Source: Eledone cirrhosa (taxonomy: Eukaryota). From it: DNA of 64,000 nt. Both the position numbers and the translations under genes were made by a program. Positions 42,300-57,923 of the stretch are shown piece after piece; within the stretch, counting starts at the first letter, position 1; each line of letters starts with the position of its first letter. The stretch covers positions 424,700,001-424,764,000 of the forward strand of contig OZ024740.1 in assembly GCA_964016885.1 (NCBI GenBank), written 5' to 3'. The notes beneath the pieces are model-generated. The model did no database searches, was not told the origin of the DNA, and saw nothing but the letters and a program-made list of their open reading frames with translations.

Positions 42300-42925
42300 T
42301 TTTGCGGCCAAGCTAACGAATGCAAATTAGCACTCGAATGGGAATAGTACCCCAGAGTAATAACAATACGTTTAGACAGCTTAGCAAGTCAAATATAACG
42401 ATCGGCAGTCCAGCCGCATTACCTGAGCAACGAGAATGGTTGGACTCAGGAAAAGATTTTAGACTGACCTGGACATAACGCTGAGACCGAATGCAACATA
42501 TAATGCATATCGTATAGCATACGATATACATCACATACAGCACACAACATCAGCGCTAGGTTTCTGCAAATCCAAGATCGACAAATTCCGCTTGCAGGGG
42601 TCTGCAAGTTAATGGTCTTTGACGACAGAACAAAGGATTTACTCCTTCAACAAGTCTTGTGTTCTTTAGCCTCTGCGGGTATGTTCTAGCAGTAAATTTC
42701 GCTATAGACACGTGGTTTTCTCCAAGGAGGTAACCCCCGTTTTGGCGGTGAATTCGAAATTTGAGACAAAGGAATGAAATTCCCTTAGACAAACCGAATT
42801 AAGCACTCAACCATAACTGACTAACTGCCCGATGAGGTCATAGCCATTCAATGGCTATCATCGAAATATATATAGCAGTAAATAAAGGATTATGAGTTCA
42901 TGCAATTGACTTATGTTTCGTCACT
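42300..42925 (+). mobile_element. Probable highly decayed Penelope-like 3' end
   Basis: Broken peptide NNTFRQL...WLDSGKDFRLTW...ATYN loosely parallels the endonuclease C-terminus at 15.8-16.0 kb; ends in a hammerhead motif, aataaa and (TA)n. Confidence 0.4.
42824..42879 (+). ncRNA. Type I hammerhead motif, U4C variant, (AU)4 stem III
   Basis: ACUGC CcGAUGA ggu c AUAGCCA uucaa UGGCUAU c auc GAA AUAUAUAU A GCAGU. Confidence 0.7.
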
Positions 42926-43211
42926 ATATATATATATATATATATATATAAATTTTCAATCACATATATTTTTATTTGTTTGACCCGAATTACTTGGTCG
43001 TTTTTATGGTTGTGCGGATGATTGTTTAACCATCGTCTCAGTGTGTTAGGCCTTTAACGTATGTTGTAGCTCTGGTTCATCTGAATCATTGAGCGCTTGC
43101 CACACAGCTCGGAAGTTGTTTTTCGTTAATTCCTAAGCCGAAATACGATTCTCGCTAATTAATATTTATGTATATAAAGTAGAGTTGAGATGGAGGGTCT
43201 GTAGTTTCTCT

Positions 43212-43269
<58 letters not shown>

Positions 43270-43413
43270 AGAAAAACCACAGACCCTCCATCTCAACTCT
43301 ACTTTTGAAAAGCAGAAGAACTGCGAAACCGGTATAGGAACCAAATAAATATATATATTTAAAAAAAAAATAAGACTCCTCGGTTATTTTTCATTTTGTA
43401 AAAAAAACCTCAC

Positions 43414-43461
<48 letters not shown>

Positions 43462-43501
43462 TTGTGTTGTTCTGCCATGTTTTTTCCTCGATGTCATTAT
43501 A

Positions 43502-43534
<33 letters not shown>

Positions 43535-43793
43535 TATACGTATATATATATATATAAGTATTTATATATGTATATATACATACATACATACATACATATA
43601 TATATATATACATACATATATATGTATGTATATATATATATATACACACATATATGTATATATATATATATACATACATATATATATATATACATACATA
43701 TATATCTATACATACATATATATATGTGTGTATATATATATATACACACATATATGTATATATATATATATATATATAAATACATATATATAT

Positions 43794-43904
<111 letters not shown>

Positions 43905-43961
43905 CACACATATATGTATATATATATATATAAATACATATATATATATACACAGATATTT

Positions 43962-44060
<99 letters not shown>

Positions 44061-44540
44061 TATGTATCTATGTGTATATATATATTTATATATATATATA
44101 TATATATAAATATATATATATATAAATATATATATACACATAGATACATACACACACACACATAAACTCACACACACATATTTATGTAGGTATATATATA
44201 TACACACACATAATTTGTGAACCATTAATCAGGACGGAACAAAGTCTGCCGAGCAAAAGACTCAGGGTTTTTTTATTTTTATTTATTTTATTTATTATTT
44301 ATTTTTCACTGCGGTGCTGGACGTTGTTGTCTAGGTGGCGGTGGTGTTGTGGTAAGATGGGCTCGGTGTGTAGATGATGGGTTTTAAAGCAGTGATAGGT
44401 GAAGTGTGGAGGTGGAGGAGAAGGCCCCTAAGCCTCATTAAACCATATGCCCGGCTTACATCAACTTCCGATCCTACAAAAATCAACCCCAAATACGTTT
44501 GATGATAAAATAATGATCTCAACATTAGTGTATATCAATC

Positions 44541-44602
<62 letters not shown>

Positions 44603-45186
44603 TATGTATCTATATGTGTATGTATGTATTTATGCATGCATGCATGTGTGTATATATATGTATGTATGTATTTACGTGTGTATGCGTTTATATATGCAGT
44701 TATGTATATTTGTACATATGTACCTATATACATATGCACATACATACATACATACCCACCTAAATACATGCATGTACATATCTGAGATAAAATGTATCCA
44801 CCACCCCACATAAAAAACCCCAACAAAATACTAGAAGAAATAAATAAAAAAGCCAGCAGACACAGAATATGCAATGTCATTTATATACGTTTTCCGAGTA
44901 TCAACGAAATATACCGAAAACACACGATATGAGGTAAGAAAAATAAATAAATAATAGAGACGGATTTATATGAAATATCAGAAAAAAATGACAGAGAGAG
45001 AAAAAACTGACAGTTGCGCTTTTGTGATGTTTTCAGGATTATCAATGAAATTTATATTCACTTAGTATACTGAGAGGCTGGAAAACAGAGCAAACTGATG
45101 TGGATACCGTATTAGAGAAGATATGATGTTATTTTCCCGGCTAGCTAGATATCAGTATCATTATATATATATGTATAATGATACTA

Positions 45187-45225
<39 letters not shown>

Positions 45226-45708
45226 GGTGTTTATAATATATATATATATATGTATATATATGCGTGTGTGGGGGTGTTTATAATATATATGTGTGTGTGT
45301 GTTTCTATATATATATATATATGTATAGAAATTTCGTATTTCTAAAGAAATACGGTGTTAGGAAGCCGTAGCTATGCAAATACTGGGGGACTAACGCCCT
45401 CTGGTGATGTCCAGCAGAAGCAAGGGGGACAACCATCTATGCATTTCAGGAGGACCCTCACACCGCTTGCGACTGCTGGACTTGAAAACACCCGAGAATA
45501 TATAGTTTTCTCGTTTGTGTAAATGAGGTGATTAATCTCATTTGCATATGAAACTGCATAAGTTGGCTCAACTTATGATAGAAAAGAAATAAGATTTCGC
45601 TTCAAGCATAGCTTTATACATATATGTTCTGTTATTATTTCTGGCAATATTATTACAACAATATGACCCTCCCCAAGTATAACAATATATATACACACTA
45701 TATACACA

Positions 45709-45874
<166 letters not shown>

Positions 45875-46292
45875 GTATATATATATATATATATTGTTAT
45901 ACTTGGGGAGGGTCATATTGTTGTAATAATATCGTCCCCTTGATAGAGTCATAGGGACGCCGCATTGACATACGATGTTTCTTCGGTAACCTGGTGGGGC
46001 CCATGCTTCTCCAGGTCTGATTACAGCAGATTTCTTCCAGAGAAAGATAGAGTATGAGAGAGGGGATATGAGAAAGAGATATAGAGGAAGAATCCACTCC
46101 AGTAGTGAAAGGATGATATATATATATATATATATATGGGATAACAAGTTATCGCTTTAGGTAATCCAGTTGTGAGTACTCTGTACTGAGGATAGTTTTA
46201 ACGTACGGCGTTGTTTGACTCAACAAGAGGTTTCCTTAGTTAGGTGGCGAGTTTGCGAGAATTCCCATGTAGGTTATTCTTGTAGTAATGGT

Positions 46293-46542
46293 GGTGAAAG
46301 TGTGAAGAATAACATGGTCGGCTGTACAAAAAGGCTTTTATTTACAGTATTAACAATTGTTTCATTGATCAAGTGAGTCTATTCCGATGATTTGATCAGA
46401 GACGCCCCCTGTATTTAAGGTCGAGTGACGCAATTTCGATTGATCAGCAGCCTTTAGACTCACCTGATCAATGAAACAATTGTTAATACTTGAAATAAAA
46501 CCATTTTTGTACAGCCGACCATCTTATTCTTCACTCTTTCAC
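46293..46542. repeat. Inverted repeat with ~88-bp arms and ~75-bp spacer, ending at (TA)n
   Basis: gtgaaagtgtgaagaataa...gtgagtct / agactcac...ttattcttcactctttcac. Confidence 0.85.
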
Positions 46543-46799
46543 TATATATATATATATATATAGTGATAATTTGTGTGTGAGACATGTTGGCTGAGAGCTT
46601 CTGACAGGAACTAAAAGATTGATTCTTTTTAGCTTCCCGTCCCCACATAAAATTTGTAAATCGGTGGCTGGTTGAGAGATAGAGTCCTCTCGGTTGCCAG
46701 TTGCTAATCGCTTTACCGTGGCGGTTGTCACAAACAATCATGACCGGCACGGGCCGGTGTTTGGATTCTGTCGATCGATTGGTTATTGATTAGGCGATA

Positions 46800-46909
46800 C
46801 CCGCTGATGAAGCCGCATAAGCCGATTGTGCATTGTTGCATAATATATGCAGACAGATGGTGCAGTGCACCTTACTGGTGCATTAGTGCGGCAGAAACTC
46901 GAGTCCGGG
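46800..46909 (+). ncRNA. Type I hammerhead ribozyme with ~70-nt insertion in stem II
   Basis: CCCG CUGAUGA a GCCGCA [46818-46886] UGCGGC a GAA ACUCGAGU C CGGG; palindromic stem III, GUC triplet. Confidence 0.75.
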
Positions 46910-47742
46910 AACCTTATAGGCACCCGTTTTACGTGTGTTGTGCTGAGGCAAATAACTATGTGTATACTCTGGTAATGTATCTTACATTGCCCATTGAGTG
47001 CGCTGAGATACAACCGGTACTGGCATTGTTAAATATGCTGGGTCCGTCAACCCTTATTATATATATATATATATATGACCAAAAGTTCATATGGTTCGTT
47101 GATTATTCAACGAATTCAAATTTGCAATAATTATAAACTTCTAATTAATGAAAGTGTAATCCAATGCAAGCGGCATTCATTGATAAATAATAAGAATAAT
47201 TTTTGAATTTTCTGTTTAGGATTTGAATATAACGGTTTTTTTTATCCTCTCCTTTTCTTTATCCTTTCCTTTTCCTTTTCCTTTTCTTCTTTTCTTTATT
47301 TCCCTTCTTTTCTCTTCGCATCTTCCCTTTCAACTTCCCTTCTATATTTATTTGTTGCTTTACGTCTTCTTCTCTAAGTTTATCATATTATTTGTGGTAT
47401 ATAAATGTTGAGTGTTGGGGAAATAACTTACTACCACTACAGGATTTGAAATTTTCTCTCCTACATTTTATACCAATACAAATTCCCCCCTTTTTTCTCT
47501 CCCACTCACATAATTTTATAATGCATAAAATGCTGAAACCGGTAATTGACAATTATTAAATAAATAAATTAATAAATCAATAAATCAATGCTATTGTTAA
47601 TTAATAAATAAATTAGCTAATACCTTAACACTTCACACAAAGTAAAATATTTTGTTTTAAACATTTTCTAACCCAGAAAAAAGAGAAACAAATAAAGGAA
47701 AACATTTTTTTTTTTCCTAATAATCGTTTTTTTCTCCCTGTT

Positions 47743-47833
<91 letters not shown>

Positions 47834-48237
47834 GTTTATCCCGGGTCAATCGGGGGTAACCACAGTAAGTAATGTACTCAATACATAGCAGAATATAAAT
47901 ATTTAATATAGAAATGGCTTCTGCAGGAGTAGAACTTTTGAATTCGGAGGAAATCATCAGGAAATCCGACTGTCAATGTAATATGGTGGTATTTATACAT
48001 TTTCTGGTGGTAGGGGAGGGTGGTGAATGGGATGGAGTGGAGGTCATTAGTTGATGGATTTAAAGAATGGGGATTCTTTAAAAAAACAATATTTAGAGAA
48101 AAAATCATAGTGATACAAAGGCAAAAGTAAATTCGCACTAAGTACCTATAGACAAACACATACGCACTGACAGGTACTCCTAATTTTCAAGGTTCATTTA
48201 TTCCAAGCAAACAAAGGGTTTTCATTGAGTGGCCACA

Positions 48238-48274
<37 letters not shown>

Positions 48275-49561
48275 ATAAGAAACGAAAGGAGCTGTGTGGT
48301 TACTAAAAACAAGGTTTAGGATGGTGGTTTGGACGGAACAAGAGGAGAAAAGAAGAAAGAACCCTTCGTCAGCTGTAATCCGCGATTCAGATGTGTTGGT
48401 GCTTATTTACAGGACATCTATAGCGATCCGCGGCGTGCCCAAGGCCTTTTCTCAATCAAAAGGCTAAGAGGAAAACAAGAGAAAAAGGAAGGAAAAAGAA
48501 GGAAAAGCGGAAGAAGAACAAAGGGGGAAAGGTGGTGAAGAGAGAGGAAGAAAGAGAAAAAGGAGAAAAAGGAGAAAAAGGAGAAAAAGGAGAAAAAGGA
48601 GAAAAAGGAGAAAAAACAGGTGAACAGAACCCATCGTGGGGAGACACAGGACAAAGGAACATGCAAGTGAGTAACCGGGAAAATATAGGATATTACTCTT
48701 TTACTCTTTTACCTGTTCCAGCCATCCGGCTGAGGTCATATATATATATGATAGCTGCAACTCGATTTTCGAGTAAAGCCATCGCCTGATACTTACGTGG
48801 CTTTTTAGGCTAGCAATACCATGCATCGCAAAGAATGTCACATATCAAGCAATGCCTGTGCTTGAAGCATTTTTAAGTGAGGAAAGACTTTGCACAGGGC
48901 TATTCCCACTCTTTGAACACGAATTCATTTGCTCTAAAAGAAGAACTGGTCTACATTATTGGGTGCAAACGAAGTCGAAGCTTTTATATCAGAGAGACGG
49001 TCTCCTAGAGAGATGTCTTAAAGAAGACTAGGAGTCTTCAACACAGTCTTCAACTTATCTTCAACACAGTCTCCTTACTATCATTGCTTTCCAATCCCGT
49101 ATTTGGCTAACTTCGTGCGTTTGCACTTCCGCTTGCGTGTGTGTGTTTGTATATGTACGCGTATGATTGTCTGTCTGTGTGTGTGTGTGTGCATGTGTGT
49201 ATGTGTGCATGTGCGTATATATATTTGTATGTGTCTATATCTATATGTGTATGTATACATGTGTGTATGTGTGTATGTGTGAGTATGTGTACATGTGTGT
49301 GTGTGTGTGTGTGTGCATGTGTGTATGTGTGTATGTGTGTATGTGTGTGTGTGTGTGTGTGTGGTAGTGAAAACCTAATCATGCATCCCTTATTTCAGTT
49401 TATTTCTTACATTAAGATTTTTAGATATATATTAATCCTTTCTATTTCAGTCCGTATTTCGAAGTTCCAAGAACTGTCACTGTATATATGTATACATACA
49501 TGCATACATACATACATACATACATACATACATACATACATACATACATACATACATACAT

Positions 49562-49688
<127 letters not shown>

Positions 49689-49736
49689 ATTATATATATA
49701 TATAATATATATATATTATATATATATAATATATAT

Positions 49737-49790
<54 letters not shown>

Positions 49791-51546
49791 ATATAAATGT
49801 AACTATAATAATAATAGTTCGATTAATTTTTTAATTATCTGTCGAACAATAATTCCCGGCCGTGATTCGAAGGTTTGCAACGAAACATCGTTAAATATTT
49901 TATATAAATAGAAGTCTAGGCATGAGCCGGACTACATGATTTACTCTATATCAAGTTGGTTCAATGATTCACATTTTTAGCAATCAATAAGGCCAGTAAT
50001 TTGGAGAGGAAGGGAAAGTCGATTAATTCGACCCCAGTGAATTGCTGGTGATTTATTTTATTGACCCTGTAAGGATGAAAGGCAAAACTAGCCTTGACAG
50101 GATTTGAACTCAGAACGTAAAGAGGCATAACTCTATGCCGCGAAGCAGGGTGTCCAACGCTCTACTGATTCTGCCAATCCACCGCCCTCAATTTGAAATA
50201 ATATACATGGGTCAGCTGAAAAGTTCATAGGCTGACCAAGATATTCTCATGGAATGACCAGATGAGGTTTATATTTCAACACAGTCCCTGAAAAAACCAA
50301 AAAAACAAAACAAAGCAAAACAATGTAGTTATCAATAAGAAGTGTCGAAATTAATGCATGCAAGATTTCACAGCTGTAGCATCACTCCTTCATTGGCTGA
50401 CGAAGGCCCTCTCACGTAATGACCAAATAAGGTCTATTTTTCAACATAGTTTGAGGAAAAAACATTCTCATGCCCCCTCCATTAACATTTCTTGCTTGGA
50501 CCCGAACATTTCGATAAGGATAAAAACAATTGTTCGTGGGATTTATTCAGCGTATTTCTAACAAACTGAACCTTATGGGTGGCACACCTTTCTGACCAGC
50601 AATACACATACAACCACATATACAACAATGGAGAGAAAGTGTTATATACACACACGTAGTCAGGTGAAAGGAGACACACACAAATCAAGTATACACACAC
50701 ATTCACACATACATTAACACATACATTAACACAAATACATCACACACAATATATAGACCTCACAAACACAGAAAACAATACATACATACAGACAAACATA
50801 CACACAAACATACACATACTTATGCATATATTCACAAATTACTGTTGCACCTTTAAAACCATACAAATATATACACAAATCATACACGCCACACATGCTC
50901 CAAAATATATACACTCACACTCATAAACACTCAGACAAAAGTGCATACATTATAGATACACAGAAGCGTATACAGACACTGGGTATATACACTGGATATA
51001 TACACACATAAATCATACGCACAAATCAGGAACACAACACATACACACTCATACGTATGCACACACACACACGCCCAGACGTTCGAAGAGACCCACAGCA
51101 AACACGCAGTCATACACACAGAGATACATGCACACACACACAGACACACGCATCCACATACACGCACACGATCATCTACAGATACAGAAAAAACACACAC
51201 ACATACTAAAACCCATTCACTTACTCCCAAACACTGGTATCTACACAACCACACACACAGTAACAGTTTTTATTAGTAATTCCAGTACAGGAAGCTGTAG
51301 GATTTTACACAATTCCATCAGATGTTTCCAATGAACGCCATGTAAACTTGACGCCCACTTTTCAAACATGGCGGCCAGTCCTCATTACACTCGGTCATAT
51401 ATCATGGCTGACGTCAGTAGTTTCGTCCTTCTGACGCAGGCACACACATACATATATATATATACACACACACATACAAACACACATATACATACACACA
51501 TACACACACATACACACACACAATTTTTATTTCTTTTTATTCTTTA

Positions 51547-52290
51547 GGGCGGGGTATAAGCAGAATCGTTAGAATGTCGGGCAAAATGCTTTGAGGTATT
51601 TGTTCCGAATCTGAGATTATCCTTCCGGGTCGATAAAATAATGTACCAGTCTAGTACTGGGTCCGACTCAACTGACGTTTCCTTCCCCCCAAATTACTGA
51701 CCTACTGTTTAAACTATAAAGCGATGGATTGGCATTGTTAGTAGAACGTCGGAATATTACTTAGTAGCCTTGTCACAACTTTCTATGTTCAGAGTTCAAA
51801 TCCCGGTAACGTCAACTTTACTTTTCGTCTTTTCTCGGTCGATAAAATACAGTTCCAGTCAGGAACATCGACCCCCCCCCCCCATTCCCCTGAATAGGCC
51901 TTGTGCCTATGACAGAAAGAACTATTATTATTCGGTGGACTGGCAGAATCGTTAGAGTATCAAACAACATGCTTTGTGCCATATACTTACGGCCGTTTAC
52001 ATTCTGAGTTCAAATCCCACTGAGGTTTTGCCTTCCACCCTTACAGGGTCGATAATATAAAGTACTAGTAATACACTGGAGTCGATTTAATCAACCTTTC
52101 CACTCCCACAAAATAGTTAGACTTGTGCCTAAATCAGAAACCATTATCGGTAGAGAGTCGGACGCCATGCTTTGAAGCATAGAGTTCAAATCCCGATTTG
52201 CCTTTCATCCTTACGGGTTCAATAAAATAAAGTACCAGTAATGTACTGGGTAATTGCTGGCCGTGTGCTAAAAGAAGAAACATTTATTAT
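51547..52290 (+). mobile_element. Head-to-tail chain of 4-5 Meta-like SINE copies (second chain at 53288-53615)
   Basis: Repeated A box, B box and gtcgataa cores, all on the + strand. Confidence 0.8.
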
Positions 52291-53027
52291 TCAGGAATCT
52301 TTAAACATATAACGCTAAACAATGAGATTCCCTGAACTACACTCTCGTCAGATCCAGCAACACTTGTTTAACTTAATGTATGAATTGGAAGAGAAGAACC
52401 GACACAGTATGATGATGGACTCGGAGATAAAGGATTGCTACCAAGAGTTCCCGGGCGATAGACTTTTACTTTTAACATCAAAAGAAGTTATTTGAAGAGA
52501 TAAAATATTTCTTTACAGATAAAGGATGTTTTTATTTACGAAGTAAACGATGAAATGCTTACGGAGAATTTCTGTGTTACCCAGAAAGTCTATAATGCAT
52601 GGTGGGTAAGCAGGAATGCTGGGGGTTCTGACTTCACTTCACTATTGGATTCCCACCTGTGTTTTCATATCATGCGTTAATTATTCTGTGTTTTATAATG
52701 CTATAGCATTATATTTATTTCATGTTTTTATCAAAGTAATCTATTATATAATGTCTTTACTCACTTGCCTCGTTTTTATATAACTTTCTCTAACCCACAT
52801 TTATATGTAACTCCTATGTTGATAATATTTACTCTATTTCTATGTGCAAGCTCTTGTGGCTAGTAAAGATATTATTCTTACTATTATTACTTGTGTTTTT
52901 CTTCTTCCTTCAGTTTTGTTTCCGTTTCTTGCCGATGTTTTCCCGAAACCTAGAGCAATGAATCTCACTGTATATTTTGGTAAGTCACAAAATAAACACT
53001 CCAGATTTTTCATGCCATGCTCTTTAA

Positions 53028-53226
53028 CCCTTTAGAATGTACATTACTCTATATATACTGTAGTATTTTCGTGGTAAAACCTTTATCTCACGTAATTATA
53101 TCAGATAATATTGAATCTATGAGAATTTGTTGTCATTCATTTTGAGAACAATACTTTAACATCAATATGAGTGGTCAGTTACAGCAGGTTTGAATAGAAA
53201 AAGGTGAGAGAATTCTGGCTAAAGGG
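53028..53226. mobile_element. piggyBac-like MITE
   Basis: TTAA|ccctttag ... ctaaaggg|TTAA. Confidence 0.7.
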
Positions 53227-55615
53227 TTAAACAGTTACAAGTATATAATTTGCTTTATATATGTGTCGTGAAGACATCATACTTCGTGGCATAGTTACGT
53301 CTCTTTACGTTTTGAGCTCAAATCCCGTCTAGGTTATATTTGCCTTTCATCCAAAGTACCAGTAACATACTGGAGTCGATTTAATCGACTTTCCCCTGAC
53401 CTTCAAATTCTTGGCCTTGTGCCTACATCAGACACAGTATCGGTAGAGGGTTGGACGCCATGCTTTCTAGCATAGTTACGTCCCTTTACGGTCTGAGTTC
53501 AAATCCCGCCGAGGTTAACTTTGCCTTTCATCCTTATGGGGTCGATAAAATAAAGTACCAGTAATACACTGGGATAATTGCTGGCATTGTGCCTAAATCA
53601 GGCACCATTATTATTATTATTGTCAGTATCATGTGGCAATGGAAGAAAGAATTATTATTAGCTGAACCATGTTGAATTGTAACAGTGTGCAATTGTTCAG
53701 GGATGCAATTGTTAAAATGATTAAACAAGTGTGACAAAAGCAAAAATAAGCGCAAACACATCGAAACTTTATTAGTCATCATCTATAATTAGTTGCGTCA
53801 TCTCAACTAAAACTGTAAAAAATGCCAGAGACACGTGGTTTTTCATTCTATTTGTGTGTGAAAACACAATATTTTCATCACTTTCTTAAGAAATATACAC
53901 CGAAGCCGATTAAGCCAGGCTTGCCAGTAAATGTTTAGTGTTTGATAAATGAATGTTTTTAAAATTTGGTGAGTCTGATGTTGAAACATTCTTTATAGTT
54001 ATTTGCACTGTTTTGGTCAGAGTTATTTTCTTAATATTGAGTTCATGGATTAAAGTAATGGTTGTTAATATGTAATAGCATTGTGTTGTATACATAGCAA
54101 TGTTTTTCTCATTATATATACTTAGGAAATCAGTATGGTGAGCTGATTAACGGGATTCGATATAAAGAAAAAAACATTTAAAGAAACATTTTTCTAACAT
54201 GTCTTGATTTTATTTATAACATGTCTTTATTTTATTTATTTAGGCGGTGGATTGGCAGTATCGGTAGCAGGTCGGATGCCATGCTTTGCAGCAAAGAGTT
54301 ACGGCCCTTTATGGTCTGAGCTCAAATCCCGCCGAGGTTAACTTTGCCTTTCATCCTTACGAGGTCGATAAAATAAAGTACCAGTAATACACAGTAGTAG
54401 TAGTAGTAGTAGTAGTAGAGATTTCCAACAGGTTGTGTGACCAAGTATTTCTCCCCTCTGTTTTTTCTGTCAATCCAGTGGACTCTCTTATTCAGAAGTT
54501 TTAAGTCCTAAGTTGAAATTCTGGCGGATTTGATCTGGGTTTCATTAATTCATGATCATTACAGTACAACACAAATATCGTTGCTGTTGTTATGGTTTAC
54601 GTCTGCTTAGGTTTAACATGCTTCCTATGAGATTGTGTGCTCTAATGTTAGGGGCTTTAGTTGAAAATGTTACCACATAACATCATGTCTGCCATTCCAA
54701 CAGCTTACCAAATCCACTATCTTCTATTGATACTTTATTAATCGACCCCGACAGATGAAAAACAAAGGTGATCACGGTAGGAACTCAGAATCATGAAATC
54801 TGGAACAAATACGGCATGACATTTATTTCAACGTTCTAACTTCTCTGCCAATTCGCTGCCTAATCAAGTACTTGGTGTTGTAGAAATCCACTAGACCGTT
54901 TTCCCCAAAGCATGTCGCCTTGTCACTGTCAGAAATCGATATATGAACTACTTTGAAGAAATAGATCTTGTATGAAGATTTTCACCATGAATTATTGACA
55001 AGCTACCTTGAGATGTTTCGGTGGGTACGTTTGTTTCTTTGCTATAAATTTCCTCCTCGATCGGTTGGCATTCCAAGAATTAAGTTCTACTGAAACGAAT
55101 GCAATTTCAATAAAAATTATCAAAAGTCACTGAACTGAATGGGAGAACAATTCGAGATTCGAGTTTAATACATGTAATGTGATGTGACAGTTGTTATTCA
55201 ATGTTATACAAGGTTTTGTAGCCATTATCTGGTACCACGTTGCAATCAGTAATGGACGCCATGGAGGAATTGTTATAAATTCGGACTTCTCAAACGAAAG
55301 TTGGATGGAAAATGGCTGTTGAGAAAAGGTCTTTCACTCGGCTGTCAAAACAAAATGGAAACTTCCATAGAATGATTTCAACGTGTAAGCCATAAGGAGA
55401 ATGAAGAAACATGCAGATTTTCTGACCGCATTACACTAAACAACTTTCGGAGAAATATTAAAGTTTCTTACAACAATGTCTCCATTAAAATAATTACAAA
55501 TACACGATTTCTTTCATAAATGGGAGTATATAGATATCATCATCATCATCATCGGCAGCAGCAGTAGCGGCAGTAGCAGCAGCAGTAGTAGTAATAACAG
55601 GTGCAGCAGTAACAG

Positions 55616-55660
<45 letters not shown>

Positions 55661-56256
55661 ATCCCGGGTTCATCGGGAGTAACCTCAGTAAGTAAGGTAC
55701 TCAATACATAGCAGAGTATACATTTTTTATGTAGAAATGGTTTCTACTGGACTAGAACTTTCATTGGAAGGAAATCATCCTTCGAATGAATCAGTTCTAG
55801 TCCTGTAGAAGCCATTTCTATATAAATATCAATATATATATATATATATATATATATCAACTTGATCACCTTCACCGACCAGTGTGTCGGGCGCCAATCG
55901 GCGCCGCTGGTCACAGCACGTCGTGTTGTTTTAGCCATAAGATAACGCCACCCCACTGGCTGGGCGGGCAGACTGGTACTCATTTCTACAGCTGAGTAAA
56001 CTGGAGCAACGTGAAGGAAACAACACATCACCCGGTCCGAGAATTGAACTCACAACCTTTCGATTGCAAGCCCAATGCTCTAACCACTAAGCCATGCGCC
56101 TTCACATATATAAGAAACGAAAGGAACTGTGTGGTTACTGTAAAAAAGCCTTGGGCTAGATGTGGTGTATTAAGCGCCGAAACATCTTGATCTCGGTTTT
56201 ACAGCTGATGAAGGATTTCTTTTCTTCTCTTGTTTCGTCCATACTAACATCTTAAA

Positions 56257-56295
<39 letters not shown>

Positions 56296-56557
56296 TCAGA
56301 GCAAACAACACGGACACTCTATCTCAAAATTATTTTTGAAAAGCATTTAGAAATGCGCAACCGGTAAAAACTTAAAAACTTAAAACCACAACTGAATACT
56401 AACCCATACAATTACTAATACTCTTTTATTCCTAATTAAAACATTTTTCAACTGTGAACAATTTGTCACCATTTTCTATTCCGTTTACCAATATATATAT
56501 ATATATATATACATATATAAACATATATATATACATATATATATACATATATATATA

Positions 56558-56653
<96 letters not shown>

Positions 56654-56660
56654 TATATAC

Positions 56661-56709
<49 letters not shown>

Positions 56710-56724
56710 TATATACATATATAC

Positions 56725-56813
<89 letters not shown>

Positions 56814-56815
<2 letters not shown>

Positions 56816-57012
56816 GGAACGAGTAGGACCCCGACATCTGAGCTCAAGCCGTTTCGACGGCTAATTCTGGACTCGTCCAGAATTAGCCGTCGAAACGGCT
56901 TGAGCTGAGCCGTCGGGGTCCTACTCGTTCCTATTACCCACTCTACTACCCTAACTATTGAGTACTTTGGTGCCTTATGGTCCACCTGGTTCCTTACCAC
57001 ATTTCCTCCGTT
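56814..57012 (+). mobile_element. Family A hairpin-plus-tail element
   Basis: Same sequence family, flanked by (TA)n. Confidence 0.8.
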
Positions 57013-57871
57013 ATATATATACATATATATATACATATATAGCTTTATGGTATTGTAGGTTCACCAACTTGAGGACTCGATGCATAAGTGGGTCCGTTGA
57101 AGTCTAGTGCTTGGTGTAGGAATTTGCTTTCAAACTTTGGTTGCTTTTCCTATATAGAGTGTAATATAAAAATATATTGGAACGAGGTTTCAGAGAAATC
57201 GTCATTTAGTTTATTCAGGTGTGGCCGGCGTTTCGCCATTGATCAACTCAATATATATATTTATATATATAGTTATGTACAAATAAAGATTCAGCGAGAA
57301 TCGCATTTTCGGCGGGCAGGAAAAGCGAAGCGAAACGCAAAAATCAGAAATGATACTGGCAAAGTGCTCAATAGTTAAAAACCATAGCTAAACAATGTTA
57401 AGAAGCCATACAAAACTGAAAAGGTGCTCAAGAAGGCATTAACCACCCAAGCCAAAAACCAAATCTAGCTAAACAGGTCAAAACAAAATAAATGATAACA
57501 AATAAGTGATAACCAGGTATATATTTGTGTGTGTATTATGTATAATTGATTATATGTATGTTTTGTGTGAGTGTGTGACTGAAGAGGTCTACAGATTTAG
57601 TTGTGTTTTCGACTTATGTAACTGTTTTAGTGTGAGGTATATTTGTTGATACTATATATATATAATGAGAGAGAGAGAGAGAGAGGGAGAGAGAGGGAGA
57701 GGGAGAGAGAGGGAGACGTAGATAGAACTAATGATGTATATATATACTTTTCTGTTTTAACTATATATATATATATATATATATATACGTTATTCCGGGT
57801 TGAATCGGAGGTAACCACAGTAAGTAAGGTACTCAATACATAGCAGAGTATAAAAGTTTTAATATAGATGA

Positions 57872-57920
57872 GATTCTACAGGACTAGAACTGTTTCATTC
57901 ATTAGAAATCATCAGGAATC
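57872..57920 (-). ncRNA. Type I hammerhead ribozyme, family B (inverted arm)
   Basis: Exact reverse complement of 57926-57974, with a 5-bp stem I (GAUUC/GAAUC). Confidence 0.8.
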
Positions 57921-57923
57921 ACA

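Noticed and set aside
48532-48789. Collagen-like (GEK)n ORF
   Set aside because: A short (GGAGAAAAA)n repeat within purine-rich repeat sequence, with no gene context.
54870-55500. Possible decayed transposase or exon
   Set aside because: No ORF of 60 aa or more in the track and no convincing motif by eye.
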